From Lama guanicoe (taxonomy: Eukaryota): DNA of 64,000 bases. Shown here in pieces: positions 24,000 to 36,711 of the stretch (positions within the stretch are counted from its first letter, which is position 1; each line of letters begins with the position of its first letter). The stretch is taken from assembly GCA_013239625.1 (NCBI GenBank), contig MU054908.1:8356144-8420143 (forward strand). Reading direction: 5' to 3'. The translations under genes were made by a program, and so were the position numbers. The notes beneath the pieces are model-generated. The model made no database searches. It was not told the origin of the DNA and worked only from the letters and a program-made list of their open reading frames with translations.

Positions 24000-24088
24000 T
24001 CACACCTCACCAATAAAGACACACAGACAGCAAACAGGCACATGGAAAGACATGCCACATCCCGTGTGATTAAGAAAATGCAAATCAT
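24000..24088 (+). mobile_element. Short L1M ORF2 fragment
   Basis: Translates as HLTNKDTQTANRHMERHATSRVIKKMQI, similar to L1 ORF2 [28 protein letters not shown]. Confidence 0.65.
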
Positions 24089-25061
24089 TTTGTTAAGAAA
24101 GTGTCTTCTGTTACCTTCTGATTTAACTCATGCTGCAGACAAGAAGCTCAAAAATGCCTGTGAGGATATCAGCTGTCGTTTTCTACAAGTAAGCAGATGT
24201 TTCTAGGCCCCTGAGATCATGAAATTAAAGTTTCAGGTATACTAGAAAGCAAAGTGGAATTACAGTTCACTCTTTTGCATGTAAGAGTTTTGAGTCTACA
24301 GAATCATTTACTCAAGATTGCAGACAAACTTTAGTGATTTTGTGCAAACTCTTTATTAAATAATTCAGAGTTGTAACTTTATTCTTAGAAAGTAACTTCT
24401 TCCTTTTGAGAGGGAAAAAACCCATAGAAAACGAAAGTTCTGTTTGTAGTTGAAAAACCTTATCATCTATGGTCTCCATTCCCAAATTTATATATGATTG
24501 ATCATTCAATAGTGGTGCTCTCACACTTTTCGTTAAGGCTACTCTGAATTTTGCCACCTTGTGAATCTTGAACATATACTTCTGAAGCTGATATTTAAGA
24601 CCTATGTCTCTGATAATGACCATTCAGTATTAGAGCAAGATGCATGGCTGATTATACCATTGAGAGTGAAAATTCTTTTGATTATTTGTTTGTTAAAAGA
24701 AGATAATTTCTAAGTCTTTTTGGTGTCATAACTGTTTCTATAAATGAAGAAAATCTATAGTACAACCACTATTTGTAATTATTTCTCCACATCTGAAATT
24801 CCTTCTTCTATACCTCTAATGATTTAAAATAACCATTACAGTCTATAGCAGATAATTCTGTTATCTCAAATTCTTAGGAGACTTTAATCTGCTGTTTCTT
24901 ATGTATTCTCTCTCTCCCTCTGTCTCAGTGATTAATTTTCTGTTTTTGTAACTTTAGGTTTTAAGATCAATGTCTGCAGGGCTTTATCTGTAGAAATATT
25001 GTGAACCCTAGATTAGGGTTTACATTTTCTCTATGAGGTGTCACTAACCCTGCACAACTTT

Positions 25062-25400
25062 TGTTTTTAAATAAACTTTGAAGTTTAGAATAGTTTCGAG
25101 TTACAGAAAAGTAGTTATCGTAGGACAGATTCTCATATACCCTGTATCCAGTTTCTCCTATTATTAACATCTTCTACTAGGATGATGCATTTGTTATAAC
25201 TAATGAACCAGTATTATTACATTATTAGTAACTAAAGTCTATACTTCATTCAAATTTTCTTAGTTTTTTACCTACTGTTCCCCTTTCTGTCCCAGGATCC
25301 TGTGCAGAATACCATGTTATATTTCTTTATTATCTCTCCTTGGTCTTCTCTAGACTGTGACAGTTTCATAGACTTTCCTTATTTTTGATGACTTTGACCC
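25062..25400 (-). mobile_element. L1MC-type 3' end
   Basis: tttagaatagtttcgagttacagaaaag...ccagtttctcctattattaacatctt...ctgtcccaggatcc...gactgtgacagtttc. Confidence 0.8.
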
Positions 25401-25419
25401 CGTGCCTCCCATGCACATA

Positions 25420-26062
25420 AAAACTGTCCTTAAAATATGTGTGTGTGTGTGTGTATTCCAAATTTCAAGGAGAAACTGGCAAAACCACAGTTATGGTGGG
25501 AGATTTTAACATTCCTCCCTCCAATTGATAGACTAAGTAGGCAGAAATTTAGTAAGGATATAGAACATTTGAATAACATGATTATCAACCTTGATCTAAA
25601 GCAGATATGTAGATAGAGCCCTGCATCTCCAAATTAGAGAAAATCCACTTTTTCAAGCACACATTAAATATTTATGAAGGTTGACCACATGCTCCTCCAC
25701 AAACATAAAAATCAGTTTTCAGTGGATATAAAAATCAGACCACAGTGCATATGCCTGGTTATTTTCCAAAGATAATTAAGAAGTCACATGTATTTAAATT
25801 AAAAAAAAACACATAAATAATTCATGGATCAGATAAAACCCTAAAATAGACAATTAAACACCAAATTAGTAACACTAAAAACACTAAATTAGAAAATATT
25901 TAGAATTGACTGAATAAAATGTGTCAAGATGTTGGATATGCAGCTAAAACAGAATTTAGAAGGGAAATTTGTGCCTTAAAATCTATATCACAAAAGAGCG
26001 AAGTCCTACATTCAAAGCACTGATTCATTTCTTAAGAAGTTAGAAAGGGAAGAAAACAAAAT
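25420..26062 (+). mobile_element. Old L1 ORF2 endonuclease-region fragment
   Basis: gtgggagattttaacattcct encodes VGDFNIP (the EN GDFNTP motif), followed by gaccacagtgc and gcagctaaaacag...agggaaattt. Confidence 0.8.
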
Positions 26063-26224
26063 CAGAGCGGTGGGGGAAGACATTCTGGCCAGCATGGTAA
26101 ATGGAAGGAAGTATGAAGGACCTGGTGTTTGGGGCTCTCTGCAGCACAGGTCCACACAAGCAGTGCACGCAGAAATTAGATGGAACACAGAAAGGTACGT
26201 TTAGGACATTTCTTCCATACAAAA

Positions 26225-27640
26225 AAGGTTAAAAGAATAATATAATGTCGTGTATATACCCTTCAATAAGATTCAACAATGTTAACATTTTGTTGTATGT
26301 TCTCTCTCTGTGTATATATACTTTTTTCTGTACCATTTCAGAGTAGGTGAAGCCCCTTTACCTATAAATAGCTCAGCATTTGTCTTCTAGGAATAAAAAC
26401 AATCTGTCACTTAACCACAGTACCATTGTCACTTGCAAGAAAACTAATAATAATTCCATAATATCATCTAATATAAAGTCCATATTCGAATGTTCCTAAT
26501 TGCCCTAAAAATGTCTTTTATCTATTTTTCTTTTATTTTTTTCCCCAACCAGACCTGAGACTAGGTTTACACCTTGAATTTAGTTGTTATGTTAATCAGG
26601 GTTCTCCAGAGAAACAAAACAAATAGGAGATATATAAATATGTCTTTATCTATGTCTCTATATAGTTTTATTATAAGGAATTGGTTCACGTGATTATGAA
26701 GACTGATAATTCCTAAGATCTGCAGATGGCAAGAGTCACAGGAGAACTGATAGTGTAGTTTTTAGTCCAAGGCCAACAGGCTTGAGATACAGGAAGAGCT
26801 GATGTTTTAGTTCAAATCTGAAGGCAAGAAAAATCTGATGTCTCAGTGTGAAGGCAGTTCGGCAGAAGGAGTTCCTTCTTACTTAGCCTTTTTGTTCTAT
26901 TCAAGCCTTCAACTGATTGGATCAGGCCCACCCACGCTGAGAAGAGAAACCTGCTTCACTCAGTCTACTAGTTTAACGGTGAATCTCTTCCAGAAATACC
27001 CAGAATCATGTTTGACTAAATCTGGCCCAGTCAAGCTGACATATAAAATTAACCATTGCAGTTGTTATATTGTGTCTCTTCAATTTCTTTTAGTCTAGAC
27101 TCTAAAGCAGGTCTCCTACATTTTTTAAAATATGATTGACTCTTTCAAGAGTTCATATAGTTGCCCTAAAGAACATCCTACATTCAGAATTTTTCTGATT
27201 ATTTCTTCATGGTATCATTTAATTTGTTCTTCTGTCCCTCATGTTTTCTGTAAACTGGAAGTTCGGTTTAGAGGGGCTTGATTATGTTCAGATTTAACCC
27301 ACTGGGTCAGGAATACGTCATAGGTCATTTTTGAATTTTGCACTGCTGTACATAGAGAGGCACGTAATGCTCAGCTATCTCATTATCAGTGATACTAAGT
27401 TTCATCGCTTGGAGAAATGTGTTGACCATCAGATCCTTTTATTGCAATGATATATTTTTCTATTTGAATTAGTAGTTTGTGTCGTGATATTTTGGTACTG
27501 TGGTAAATATCCTGTTCCCTATAACTTTTCACCCAATTGTTACCTTCCTTTGTGATGATCTTTGCCTGAGTCAGTTATTAGATTGGAGCTTACAAAAGGA
27601 TGATTTTCTATTTCTATCATATCTTCTATTTTATTAGTTT
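26225..27640 (-). mobile_element. L1MC5/L1ME-type 3' region, interrupted by an MLT2 LTR
   Basis: attcaacaatgttaacattttg...ataattccataatatcatctaata...taaactggaagtt...atcctgttccctataactttc. Confidence 0.7.
26588..27060 (-). mobile_element. ERVL solo LTR (MLT2-type) with 5-bp TSD GTTGT
   Basis: tcagggttctccagagaaac...ggaattggttcacgtgattatg...cccagtcaagctgacatataaaattaaccattgca. GTTGT at 26583-26587 and 27061-27065. Confidence 0.9.
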
Positions 27641-28079
27641 GGGACTTTAGATGTAATTCAAGGACTTTGAGTTCTTCATGTATGCAAAGTGGAGTCAATT
27701 GAGATTTTATACAAAGAAATTTGGAGAACAGGGAGAGACTACAGGGCTTTTGATTTGTACCAAGATTCAAGAGTTCCAATATTATTTACTTGTCTCTGAG
27801 GCTCCCTATGGAGACCGCCACTTTAGTCTATGCACTAATCCTAATCAGATGAGACCTTCTTTGGAGACAATGAGAGCCCTAGCACCCTGGCTGTAAGACT
27901 TTCCCAGGGGTAAAATTATGGACCTAAGCAGCTTTTCACTCAATTGTGACCCTTAACTTTATAAGCAACTATTAAGTCTTTGCTTATGGGAAAAAAACAA
28001 ATATATATATATATATATATACATATTTATTTCTATTGCCTTAACATGTCTTAAACATCCCTAAAAATACTAATTTTTT

Positions 28080-29365
28080 TCCCTGACTGATAGATTCCAT
28101 TCCTAGGAATTTCTCTTAGGAGAAAATATGAAGGAGATGTACAAGAGCATATCTACAACATATCAGTGTGGTTTATTTTTTTTTTCTCTGTGATTTATCA
28201 TAACATTTTGTGTATAATTCCCTGTGCTATACAGTTTAATCTTGTTTATCTGTTCTACAATTTTGAAATCCCAGTCTATCCCTTCCCACCCTCTACCCCG
28301 CCCCCCCCCCGGTAACCACAAGTCTGTATTCTCTGTCCATGAGTCCATTTCTGTCCTGTATTTATGCTTTGTTTTTGTTTGTTTGTTTGTTTCTGTTTTT
28401 TAGATTCCACATATGAGCGATCTCATATGGTATTTTTCTTTCTCTTTCTGGCTTACTTCACTTAGAATGNNNNNNNNNNNNNNNNNNNNNNNNNNNNNNN
28501 NNNNNNNNNNNNNNNNNNNNNNNNNNNNNNNNNNNNNNNNNNNNNNNNNNNNNNNNNNNNNNNNNNNNNNNNNNNNNNNNNNNNNNNNNNNNNNNNNNNN
28601 NNNNNNNNNNNNNNNNNNNNNNNNNNNNNNNNNNNNNNNNNNNNNNNNNNNNNNNNNNTCCTGAAGTAGATTTCCTTCTGGGTACAAGCCCAGGAGTGGG
28701 ATTCCTGGGTCATATGGTAAGNNNNNNNNNNNNNNNNNNNNNNNNNNNNNNNNNNNNNNNNNNNNNNNNNNNNNNNNNNNNNNNNNNNNNNNNNNNNNNN
28801 NNNNNNNNNNNNNNNNNNNNNNNNNNNNNNNNNNNNNNNNNNNNNNNNNNNNNNNNNNNNNNNNNNNNNNNNNNNNNNNNNNNNNNNNNNNNNNNNNNNN
28901 NNNNNNNNNNNNNNNNNNNNNNNNNNNNNNNNNNNNNNNNNNNNNNNNNNNNNNNNNNNNNNNNNNNNNNNNNNNNNNNNNNNNNNNNNNNNNNNNNNCT
29001 TCTGCCCATTTTTGGATTGGGTTGTTTATTTTTTTCTTATTGAGTCGTATGAGCTGCTTATATATTTTGGAGATCAAGCCTTTGTCGGTTTCACTTGCAA
29101 AAATTTTCTCCCATTCCGTAGGTTTTCTTCTTGTTTTATCTCTGGTTTCCTTTGCTCTGCAGAAGCTTGTAAGTTTCATTAGGTCCCATTTGTTTATTCA
29201 GTGTGGTTTATTTTTAAAAAGTCATACAAACAATCTTAATGCCAAGCAAAAAATGTTGGCTAAATTAATGTTTGTGCAGCTATATAATGGATATTATAAA
29301 ACTATTGAAAATGATATGGTAGAAGTGTATTTAATTACAATGACAGTTTTCACTGTCTAAATTAG
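28080..29365 (+). mobile_element. Ancient L1ME 3' fragment (parts about 28080-28180 and 29198-29365) hosting the young L1
   Basis: attccattcctaggaatt...atgtacaag...[insertion]...aacaatcttaatgcc...ataatggatattataaaactattgaaaatgat. Confidence 0.6.
28181..29197 (-). mobile_element. Young 5'-truncated lineage-specific L1 with 18-bp TSD; ORF2 C-terminus open in all called bases
   Basis: ORF 28400-29179 reads [11 protein letters not shown]...EWEKIF...NNPIQKWAE...LPYDPGIPLLGLYP...ILSEVSQKEKEKYHMRSLICGI*. TSD TCAGTGTGGTTTATTTTT at 28163-28180 and 29198-29215. Confidence 0.97.
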
Positions 29366-30361
29366 TAGATGCAAATAAGTCCAAGAACACAGATCAGTTC
29401 CCTTCCAGACACTTCCAGGTTCTAACACATAGGTACATTATTAAAGTTTCCAGATTTCGCTGCCTGTCTAGAGTGGAGTTTCGGTTCAGCTGGAATATAA
29501 ATGGAATTATTGTAAAGGGGCTTGTTTAGTCCTCTTACCGAACAGCATCTGCATCCAAATTCTTTTTCAGCCAAAATGCCTGATAGATATAAACCTATGC
29601 TTGCTGCTCAGTCCCGAGCCTGCTGTTCTCTTTTTTCAAGCTCCTTCCAAATTAACTTCACTCATAAGGAATAATAAGCAATGTAGAACACTGTCAGATT
29701 CACAGTGGGAGGCAGAGGAGACTGACATTTCACAGTACACAAGAATTAACCTTTCAACTGCCCCTGAGGCCAACCTCTTCTTCTATACCTGCTTCTGTAC
29801 ATACCTTTGCTTTGCACCTGCCATGCAGCCTCTGGGTTGCTGAATCCTGCCTCCATGGAACAATTATTCTCTGAGGTCTCTTAATCTCTCCTCTTCTTAG
29901 GCAGAGCAATTCTCTACTTGCACATCCTTTCCCAGTCTTTAATATCACCTTTAATATGTCTAGGGCCAGTACACTGAGGATGAAGGTTTTTGTCTACCCT
30001 TAGCAAACAAAAGATCCTCTAGTTAACTCCTGGATCCACGCTTCTTATGTAAAGAGAGATTATAAATAACAAATTATTTTTCTCCAGTCAGCCATGTATT
30101 TAATCTATGTTCCATTATTAATATGTGCTTCTTATGTAAGAAATATAGAACAGAAAGAGGAAAAAAAGTAGCCCCTTTCAATGTTTAGTTTGTAGCAGGT
30201 ACTGGTGAATTTCCAGGCTTTGAGGTAGGCATGAGGTGGAACAAGGTTGGTCCTGACAGCGGCAGATCCAGGACACTTACTGGGTGGTGAGACCAGCGAC
30301 ATGGGACAGAAGGGCTCTGTTACTGGAACTGGATTAGGAGGTGGGGGATTAAAGTTCTTGG

Positions 30362-30800
30362 GTAGAGTTCTTTTATTGCAAGCAACAGAAAAAGAAATTG
30401 AAATTTAAGCAAAACTGAGAATGCATTGACTCCTCTAACAGATATAGCAAATATGACTTAATCCAAGTCTCACTGACGTCATAAAAATTGGTTTCTATTC
30501 TGTTTCTCTGTTTGCCTGCCTTCTTTCAACTCCATTCTCAGGCAGACTCTTCCTGAAAAGTATCAGTATGACCGTCAGGTAATAATCAAATGGTAAAGAA
30601 GTGTCTTTTCCCCCTCAGCATTACAGGCAACATTTCCAAGATTCCCTCTGAATGAGGTGGCTTAGGCATGTGCCCACCCACGTGGAGGGGATGCACAGGG
30701 ATGGGCTTATGCTGGGTCATTTGTTTCACCAGGAAATACAGGGACTAGAGGTGGGGAAGTGTTGGATTCCTGAAGGCTTGGAAATGAGGACCCGGGAAGT
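30362..30800 (-). mobile_element. Ancient ERVL/MaLR-class LTR fragment
   Basis: ttgcaagcaacagaaa...ttaagcaaaa...ccattctcaggcagactct...ggcttaggcatgtgcccacc. Confidence 0.55.
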
Positions 30801-31489
30801 ACGTAGCAAATACTCCCTGCTGGAGTCTAAGGAGTGAAATAGACCTGAGTCGTGTGTAACTGGGAAACAGCAAGAGTTTTGACTGGATGTCCAGTCTGGA
30901 CAGGAGCTCCTCTCTGGGGCAAGGGTGGCTTGTTTAAGGATTTATTTCTCTTCACTGAGTTATCTAGTGGGTATCAAGTAGCCCAAATTTTTAGGAAAGG
31001 AACGTATGATGCAGACTGGTTCTGACAATGACAAAACAGAAGCGCCTCAAAACCGGAGGCAATACTACATGCCTCCACCCTGCATAAAACGTACAAGAGA
31101 GTATTAATGAAGTAATAGTGAATTTTATTCTGGAGTGGAACTCTTCTATATAAAAGTTTTGATTCCTAAACCGTCCCAAAAGAATTATCATCAGAGCTAT
31201 AAACCTTTCATGCTCCAGTAATAATAAGAGCCCTCGTGAAGATTGGCTTCCTAAAAGCTGTTGCTCTTCCCTACCAACCTGTGTCTTAACTCTTTTAACT
31301 GGGTGAAATTTTGATACAGGCAAGTGGGCAAGTGATGTTGATAGATGGTATTTTCCAGATGTGTTTTAATTGAAAGTTAGTTTTCAAGGTATTTGCTCAG
31401 TTCATAATTTTTCTAGAAACTTCTGTGCAATTTGAATTCTGTTTGCAAACCCCCTTGTTCATGAGATATGATCATTTCATAAGGAAAGG

Positions 31490-31730
31490 AGGCATGATAA
31501 GGGAAATTGTCCCTTAAAATCTGATAGCCTGAGTTCAAACACCAACTCTGCTGCATATAATTTTGGGGATTTTGAGATGGTTTACATTTCTGAGTTTCAG
31601 TTTTGTCTTCTATGAAATGGAAATAATAATAACATATAGGGTAGGTGTGAGGATAAAATGAGTAAATTTAGGTATCATGCTTAAAACAGTTTCTTGCATG
31701 TAGAAGATGCTCAGAAAATGTTATTTCTCA
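31490..31730 (+). mobile_element. MIR
   Basis: cctgagttcaaacacc...tctgagtttcagttt...tgtgaggataaaatgag...gtagaagatgctcag. Confidence 0.75.
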
Positions 31731-31994
31731 TCCTCATCTCCTAAAATTATACAAAGCAGGGATCATTTTCCATTATTGTAAGAGAACTTTATAGCTCTGT
31801 ATGCCAGTGCAGAGAGGATAGCTAATGAAAATATCTGAGAAATAGTTTCTTTTAATTGACTTTGTTTTTTGCTTTTAAATAATACCTAGACAATTCAAAG
31901 CTAGCACTGGTGTCAATCTGTAGGTGACTTGAATCTATCTTCCAAGTAGGAAAATAACCATTGGCTAAAGGACAGTGAGGTAGACTGGGGGAAG

Positions 31995-32595
31995 TTAAAG
32001 TGCCACCTCCTGTGAGAAGCCTCCCTTGATCCCCTAAACCTAATGGATGGCTGAGTCCTCCCACATACTCCCTAGCATGGTACTTCTAGAATAGAGGCTG
32101 GCAAACTACAGCCCATCGGCCGAATCCAGCCCACCACCTGTTTGTGTATGACTTGGAAGCTAAGAATGATTTTTTTTTTTTACATTTTTAAATGATTTAA
32201 GACATATGAAGAATAAGATTTTGTGACACATGAAAATCATGTGTGATTAAAATTTCTGTGTCCATACATCATGTTTTATCTGAACATAGCCATGCTCACT
32301 CATTTGTGGATTGTCTGTGACTGCTTCTGCATTACAGTGGCAGAACTGAGTAGTTGTGAAAAAGACCACATGGCTAGTAAAGTTGAAAACACTACTTGCT
32401 ATCTGGCCTTTTACAAAAACTTTTGCAGACTTACTCTAGAACACTTATATAAAATCATGTCATAATGCACTTATTTCCTCCTAACAGGAGGAATATGTCA
32501 TTCTTAAAGGATCAGGACTGGCTCTCTTTCATCTCTGTATCATTAGCACCTAGAACAGTGCCTGGCAAATATTAGGCATCCATAAATTAGTGTTC
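31995..32595 (+). mobile_element. L2 3' fragment interrupted by MER58B
   Basis: ccacctcctgtgagaagcctcccttga...[MER58B]...catctctgtatcattagcacctagaacagtgcctggca. Confidence 0.65.
32092..32433 (+). mobile_element. MER58B-like hAT-Charlie MITE with 8-bp TSD
   Basis: ggcaaactacagcccatcggccgaatccagcccaccacctg...tatctggccttttacaaaaacttttgcagac. Flanks TTCTAGAA (32084-32091) and CTCTAGAA (32434-32441) fit the NTCTAGAN hAT target. Confidence 0.9.
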
Positions 32596-33096
32596 GCCCT
32601 CCTTTTCAGGTACTTTAAGTAAGGAGTCCCCCTACTGTAATCTACATTAGGTCTATCCCAGGGTCCCTAGCCCCTGGCCACTCCCTGCAGCCCTTGGGCA
32701 CTTAAAGGTCTGACAAGTCTAGGTATAGTCAGAGCCTGATGAATATTTCAGGTACTGAAATTAAAAAAGAAGGGACCATTGGAAAGTTACCGTTCTTTGC
32801 ATCCTGTTGCTTGAGGTCATGTGCTGTAAGGGAAGGGGCGCTGGATTTTGAGACTTGACCTAATAGAGGCGAATCCTGGACAAACGACTTTCAAGTTGTA
32901 GACTTGGGAGTAGACCACTTCTTTGAGTGTTACTTTCTTCATGTATGGTGTAGAGGTCATTCTTGCCCCACAACCTTCACTGGGTCTTTGTTATCTTGGG
33001 AAAATACATACACTGGTGAGGACAGGGCCCATGCATGTCTGTCTGGTTCTTGTTGTGGGTCCTGGATCAGCACAAAGCCTGGCACACCAGAAACAA

Positions 33097-33282
33097 GAGG
33101 TTCTCAGATGAGGTCAGAAAGTAGGCTCACCTGGGGAGCTTCAGCCTCCCACCATCACTGAGCACCGCCCAGACCAATTAGAGGAGGGTCTCTGGCAATG
33201 GGTCTGGACATTGACCTTTGATTTAGTGTTTTTTTAGCCTCCCTAGGAGATTGTGATATTCAGCTAGGATTGAGAGCCACTG
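33097..33282. mobile_element. MER5-family hAT MITE inside an L2 tail (L2 about 32950-33320, +)
   Basis: ggttctca...cacctggggagctt...cccagaccaatta...ttgagagccactg, flanked by L2 tail parts cctggcacac and ataaatatttactaactgaa. Confidence 0.7.
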
Positions 33283-33829
33283 TTGTAGAGTGATAAATAT
33301 TTACTAACTGAAGGAATGAAGTTGTTCCCACAGGCATTTTTCTCCCTTGTGCTTTCAGACACTGAGTGAAGAAGTCAGGATTTTCTAGACCAAGGGCAGA
33401 AAATGTGCTGTCCACGCCCACCTTGCCCCGTTCCTCAAATCATTCTCTCCAGTTCACAGAGGAGGTCTGCTTGCTACCGTCTTCACCCTTCACTGACTGT
33501 GAGGCTGGTGATTCTCTTGTTATTTGTCTGCCTCCTCGTGGCCCCTGCCTTCCTTGTTTTCCACTTTCTATTCTTGTCGATGGTTCCTCATCAGTTTTCC
33601 CCTCCTCCCCCTAATCTTCTCAGCCTTTTTTCTTCCTACCGTTGCTAAGTTCATGGGGAGCAGTTGCTTACTGCCAATAACACCATGTACTTCCAACTAT
33701 TCCCATTTTTTATTTTCTGCTAAATTAGTTTTGCCTTGTGCTTCACATTGGAAAATACATCCCCAGGCTCTCCTTCACTGCTAAATTGCTGTCTCTGGGA
33801 ATAAGATTTTCTCAGAAGCTTTGAGCCGG

Positions 33830-33975
33830 CTGACAAATCAGGAAATCCATCCCCCCGTTTACAGAAGAGGAAACCGAGGCCCAGCAAGAGGGAAAAGCTA
33901 CTCGGGGTCACAGAGTGAGTCCACAGCAGGCAGGGGCTGGATCACAGATTTCTTCACGCTCCCTTCAGGCCACCA
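33830..33975 (-). mobile_element. MIR
   Basis: tttacagaagaggaaaccgaggccc...ggtcacag. Confidence 0.7.
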
Positions 33976-34348
33976 CATGACCTTGCTGGCTAGACCTGGG
34001 GCTTTTTGAACAATTCATTGCTCCTCTTTCACAGTGGGTTGCACCTTTCCAAATCTGCACCTTGCCAGAGTCTATTAATTTTATCACTCAAAGGAGAAGG
34101 GAGCACTGAGGGTGGCAGCCATACATAGGTGTGGTGAGAGTCTGGCTGACCACCTGGGCTCAGTGACACTTCAGTGGACCCAGCCTGGCACGTCTCAGCC
34201 TCCCGATATACACTCCAGGACAACCAGGTGATGACAGATGTCCTAGAGGAGTGGTGGGGCAGTGGGAGAGTTCTTCCCCATAACTACCTCCAGCAGCCCC
34301 CTAAAAATGACATGGTCATGAAAAGCTGTCCACTTTCTTGCCTGCACT

Positions 34349-34530
34349 TCTGTGCTGTCCAATATGGTAGCCACTAGCTACAGTCAAAATTAATTCAAGT
34401 GAAATAAAATTAAAATTTTGTTTCCTTGGTTGCCCTAGCCACATTCCAAGTGCTCAGTGGCTACTGTCGTGGACAGCATAGATACAGAACATTTCTAACA
34501 TCGCTGAAGATTCTATTACACAGTGCAGCT
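34349..34530 (-). mobile_element. MER3 hAT MITE
   Basis: ctgtgctgtccaatatggtagccactagc...ctagccacattccaagtgctc...gacagcatagatacagaacattt. Confidence 0.85.
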
Positions 34531-35119
34531 CCAGACACCTGGGTAGGACACCTTGATCTACGAAAGGGACATTCCAGCGGAGAAAGATCAAAAATGGGCC
34601 AGGCCATGCCAGTGCCCCCTGAGTTTTGAAAGGGGATTCTGAGGCTACCAGCTGCAGTTTAGGACTCCTCCCCTTCCTCCCATCCCCATGAATATCTTAT
34701 CTTCCCTGCTAGACTGTGAGCTCCTTGGAAGCAGTGTCTGCGTCTGATTAACATTATGTTCCCCCAGAATTGACCTGACATGTGATAGGCCTCTGTGAAT
34801 GTGTGATCAAACTTTCTTTTGTGCATTCAATATTAAGAAAATAGCTTTTTCAATACATTGGTAAAAATCTGTCTTTTTGGTAAAGAGGAATGAAAGTTAA
34901 AACTGGCTGCTGTCTAGGTGAGAATCCATGTTAAATTCCCCTCTTCCTGGGGAGGAGGCTCTGACTCTAGGGAGGTGGGTGATGGGCAGTAGGGTAGGAA
35001 GAGTAAGGCGCTGAGCCTAGTGCCCCAGCACATGTATCATAGCACTACCTCGGCTTGGGGATTAGCTCTGCCTCTTGCACAGAGTTCTGGGATTGAGTTT
35101 GCACTGACAATTCCAGGCC

Positions 35120-35330
35120 ACAGGGCAGTGTGGTGTGGTGGACTGGGAGGCCAGGAGCTTAGTTTTAAATCCTGGCTCTCATACCAATTAGCTATTGTGA
35201 CTCAGTGTATTCATGACAGTCTAGGCAGGTGATAACCACCTGTGTCCTCCCCAACACATAGGGCTGAAACGGGGATCAGAGCCTCTGTAGCCTGAACAAT
35301 ATATGTCAATGTGGGGATGATGGTCCATGT
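35120..35330 (+). mobile_element. MIR
   Basis: gcagtgtggtgtggtgg...ttttaaatcctggctct...gctattgtgac. Confidence 0.55.
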
Positions 35331-35667
35331 GGTACCGTAAGCACGTTTTATTAGTTTACCAGGACACACTTGCTAGAAACCCTTTCCGGAAATGCCATTT
35401 TTAGCACGTGCCAACTGATATTTGTGCTAGCCAACCAGGTGCCTGGTTCAACCTCAGATCTATTGAAATTACGCAACAGCTACAAAACTCTCAGGCAAGT
35501 CAACAACAACAACAAAGCTTCAGGAAGAGGGTTTTATTTGCTTTTTTGTTTTTTTTTTAATGCTTCTCCTTTAGGCTGCCTCTGAGAGATCATTTCTGTT
35601 TTCCTCAGTTACCATCACAAAAGCTAGACAGGGAGGAGTCAGAGAGAAAGAGGAGGAAAAACAAATC

Positions 35668-35880
35668 AAGTCACATTAAGAGTACTTATGTGGCAGGCAT
35701 TTGATATGCATTATCTTGCTTAATCCTAATGACTTTTATACCCATGTTATAGATGAAGAAATCAAGGTTCAGAGAGCTTTAATTTCTGCCCATGGTGACA
35801 TAGCTAGTGAGTGACACACACCATGCAAAACCAGGTCTATCTGACCTAAAGGCCCAACAAGTGCCACTGTCCGCATTGCC
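35668..35880 (-). mobile_element. MIR
   Basis: tacttatgtggcaggca...atagatgaagaaatcaaggttcagaga...ccaggtctatctgac. Confidence 0.7.
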
Positions 35881-36711
35881 TCCCAGCCAATCAGAAAGTG
35901 ATGGAGCAGGGCAGGATGGGATCCATGTGTTCACCTGCAACCGACTGTAGGCTTTCTCTACTGCTCTGAGGAGGGCTGAGCACTGCCTTACACTCCATAA
36001 CTCATCTGAAAGGCCTCGCCTGAAGTTATGACTCAAATTCGTTCTCTACCAGGCATGCCATAATTTGTATGTTTATGATGAAGAAGAATATTCCTTGTTC
36101 CCTTCAGAAGAATCTAGGTAATTTAGGAAGGCTTTCTGATCTGAGATAATCTTATTGCAATATCTTGATCCTATCTTGGATTACAAAAATTTTGCCGATA
36201 ATTCCATAAAGTTATGGCGACAAAGGAATGTTAATATGCCCGAGGAGTATGCCAACCTTTCCATTATCTCGTTAACCTCCTATGCCCTCTATCTGGTTCC
36301 ATTTCCTTGGTACAGTATTTGGAGACAGCACACAGACCCGGCACTGTTTTTCTTTCCTTTTCAGGTTATAATCCCTTCCAAGTGTGCTTCACAGTCTAAG
36401 AATTTCATTAAATCAGTCATTTTCTCTCAGCCAGCAGTTTCTCAAGGAGCATATGGGCTATTGCTCTACCCTCATTGAACCCTACATCCAGGACATCAGT
36501 GGGCTTCCATGTGCCCTACTATAGCTTGAAGTCCTGGCTTTTAAAGCTGAGTGGTGGGGCAGAATAAGGGCAAGGATGGACTTGTCACTCAGTGGTCTTC
36601 GGGAGCTCACCTTACCTTAAAGATTTTAACCCTCATCCATTATATGGGAATAATAATCTCAGCTTTGCCCACTTCACAGGGTGGTAGGATGCTGGATTAA
36701 GGGACACTAAC

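Noticed and set aside
36155-36478. 107-aa ORF with an internal strong acceptor (about 36364)
   Set aside because: No matching donor and no recognisable protein.
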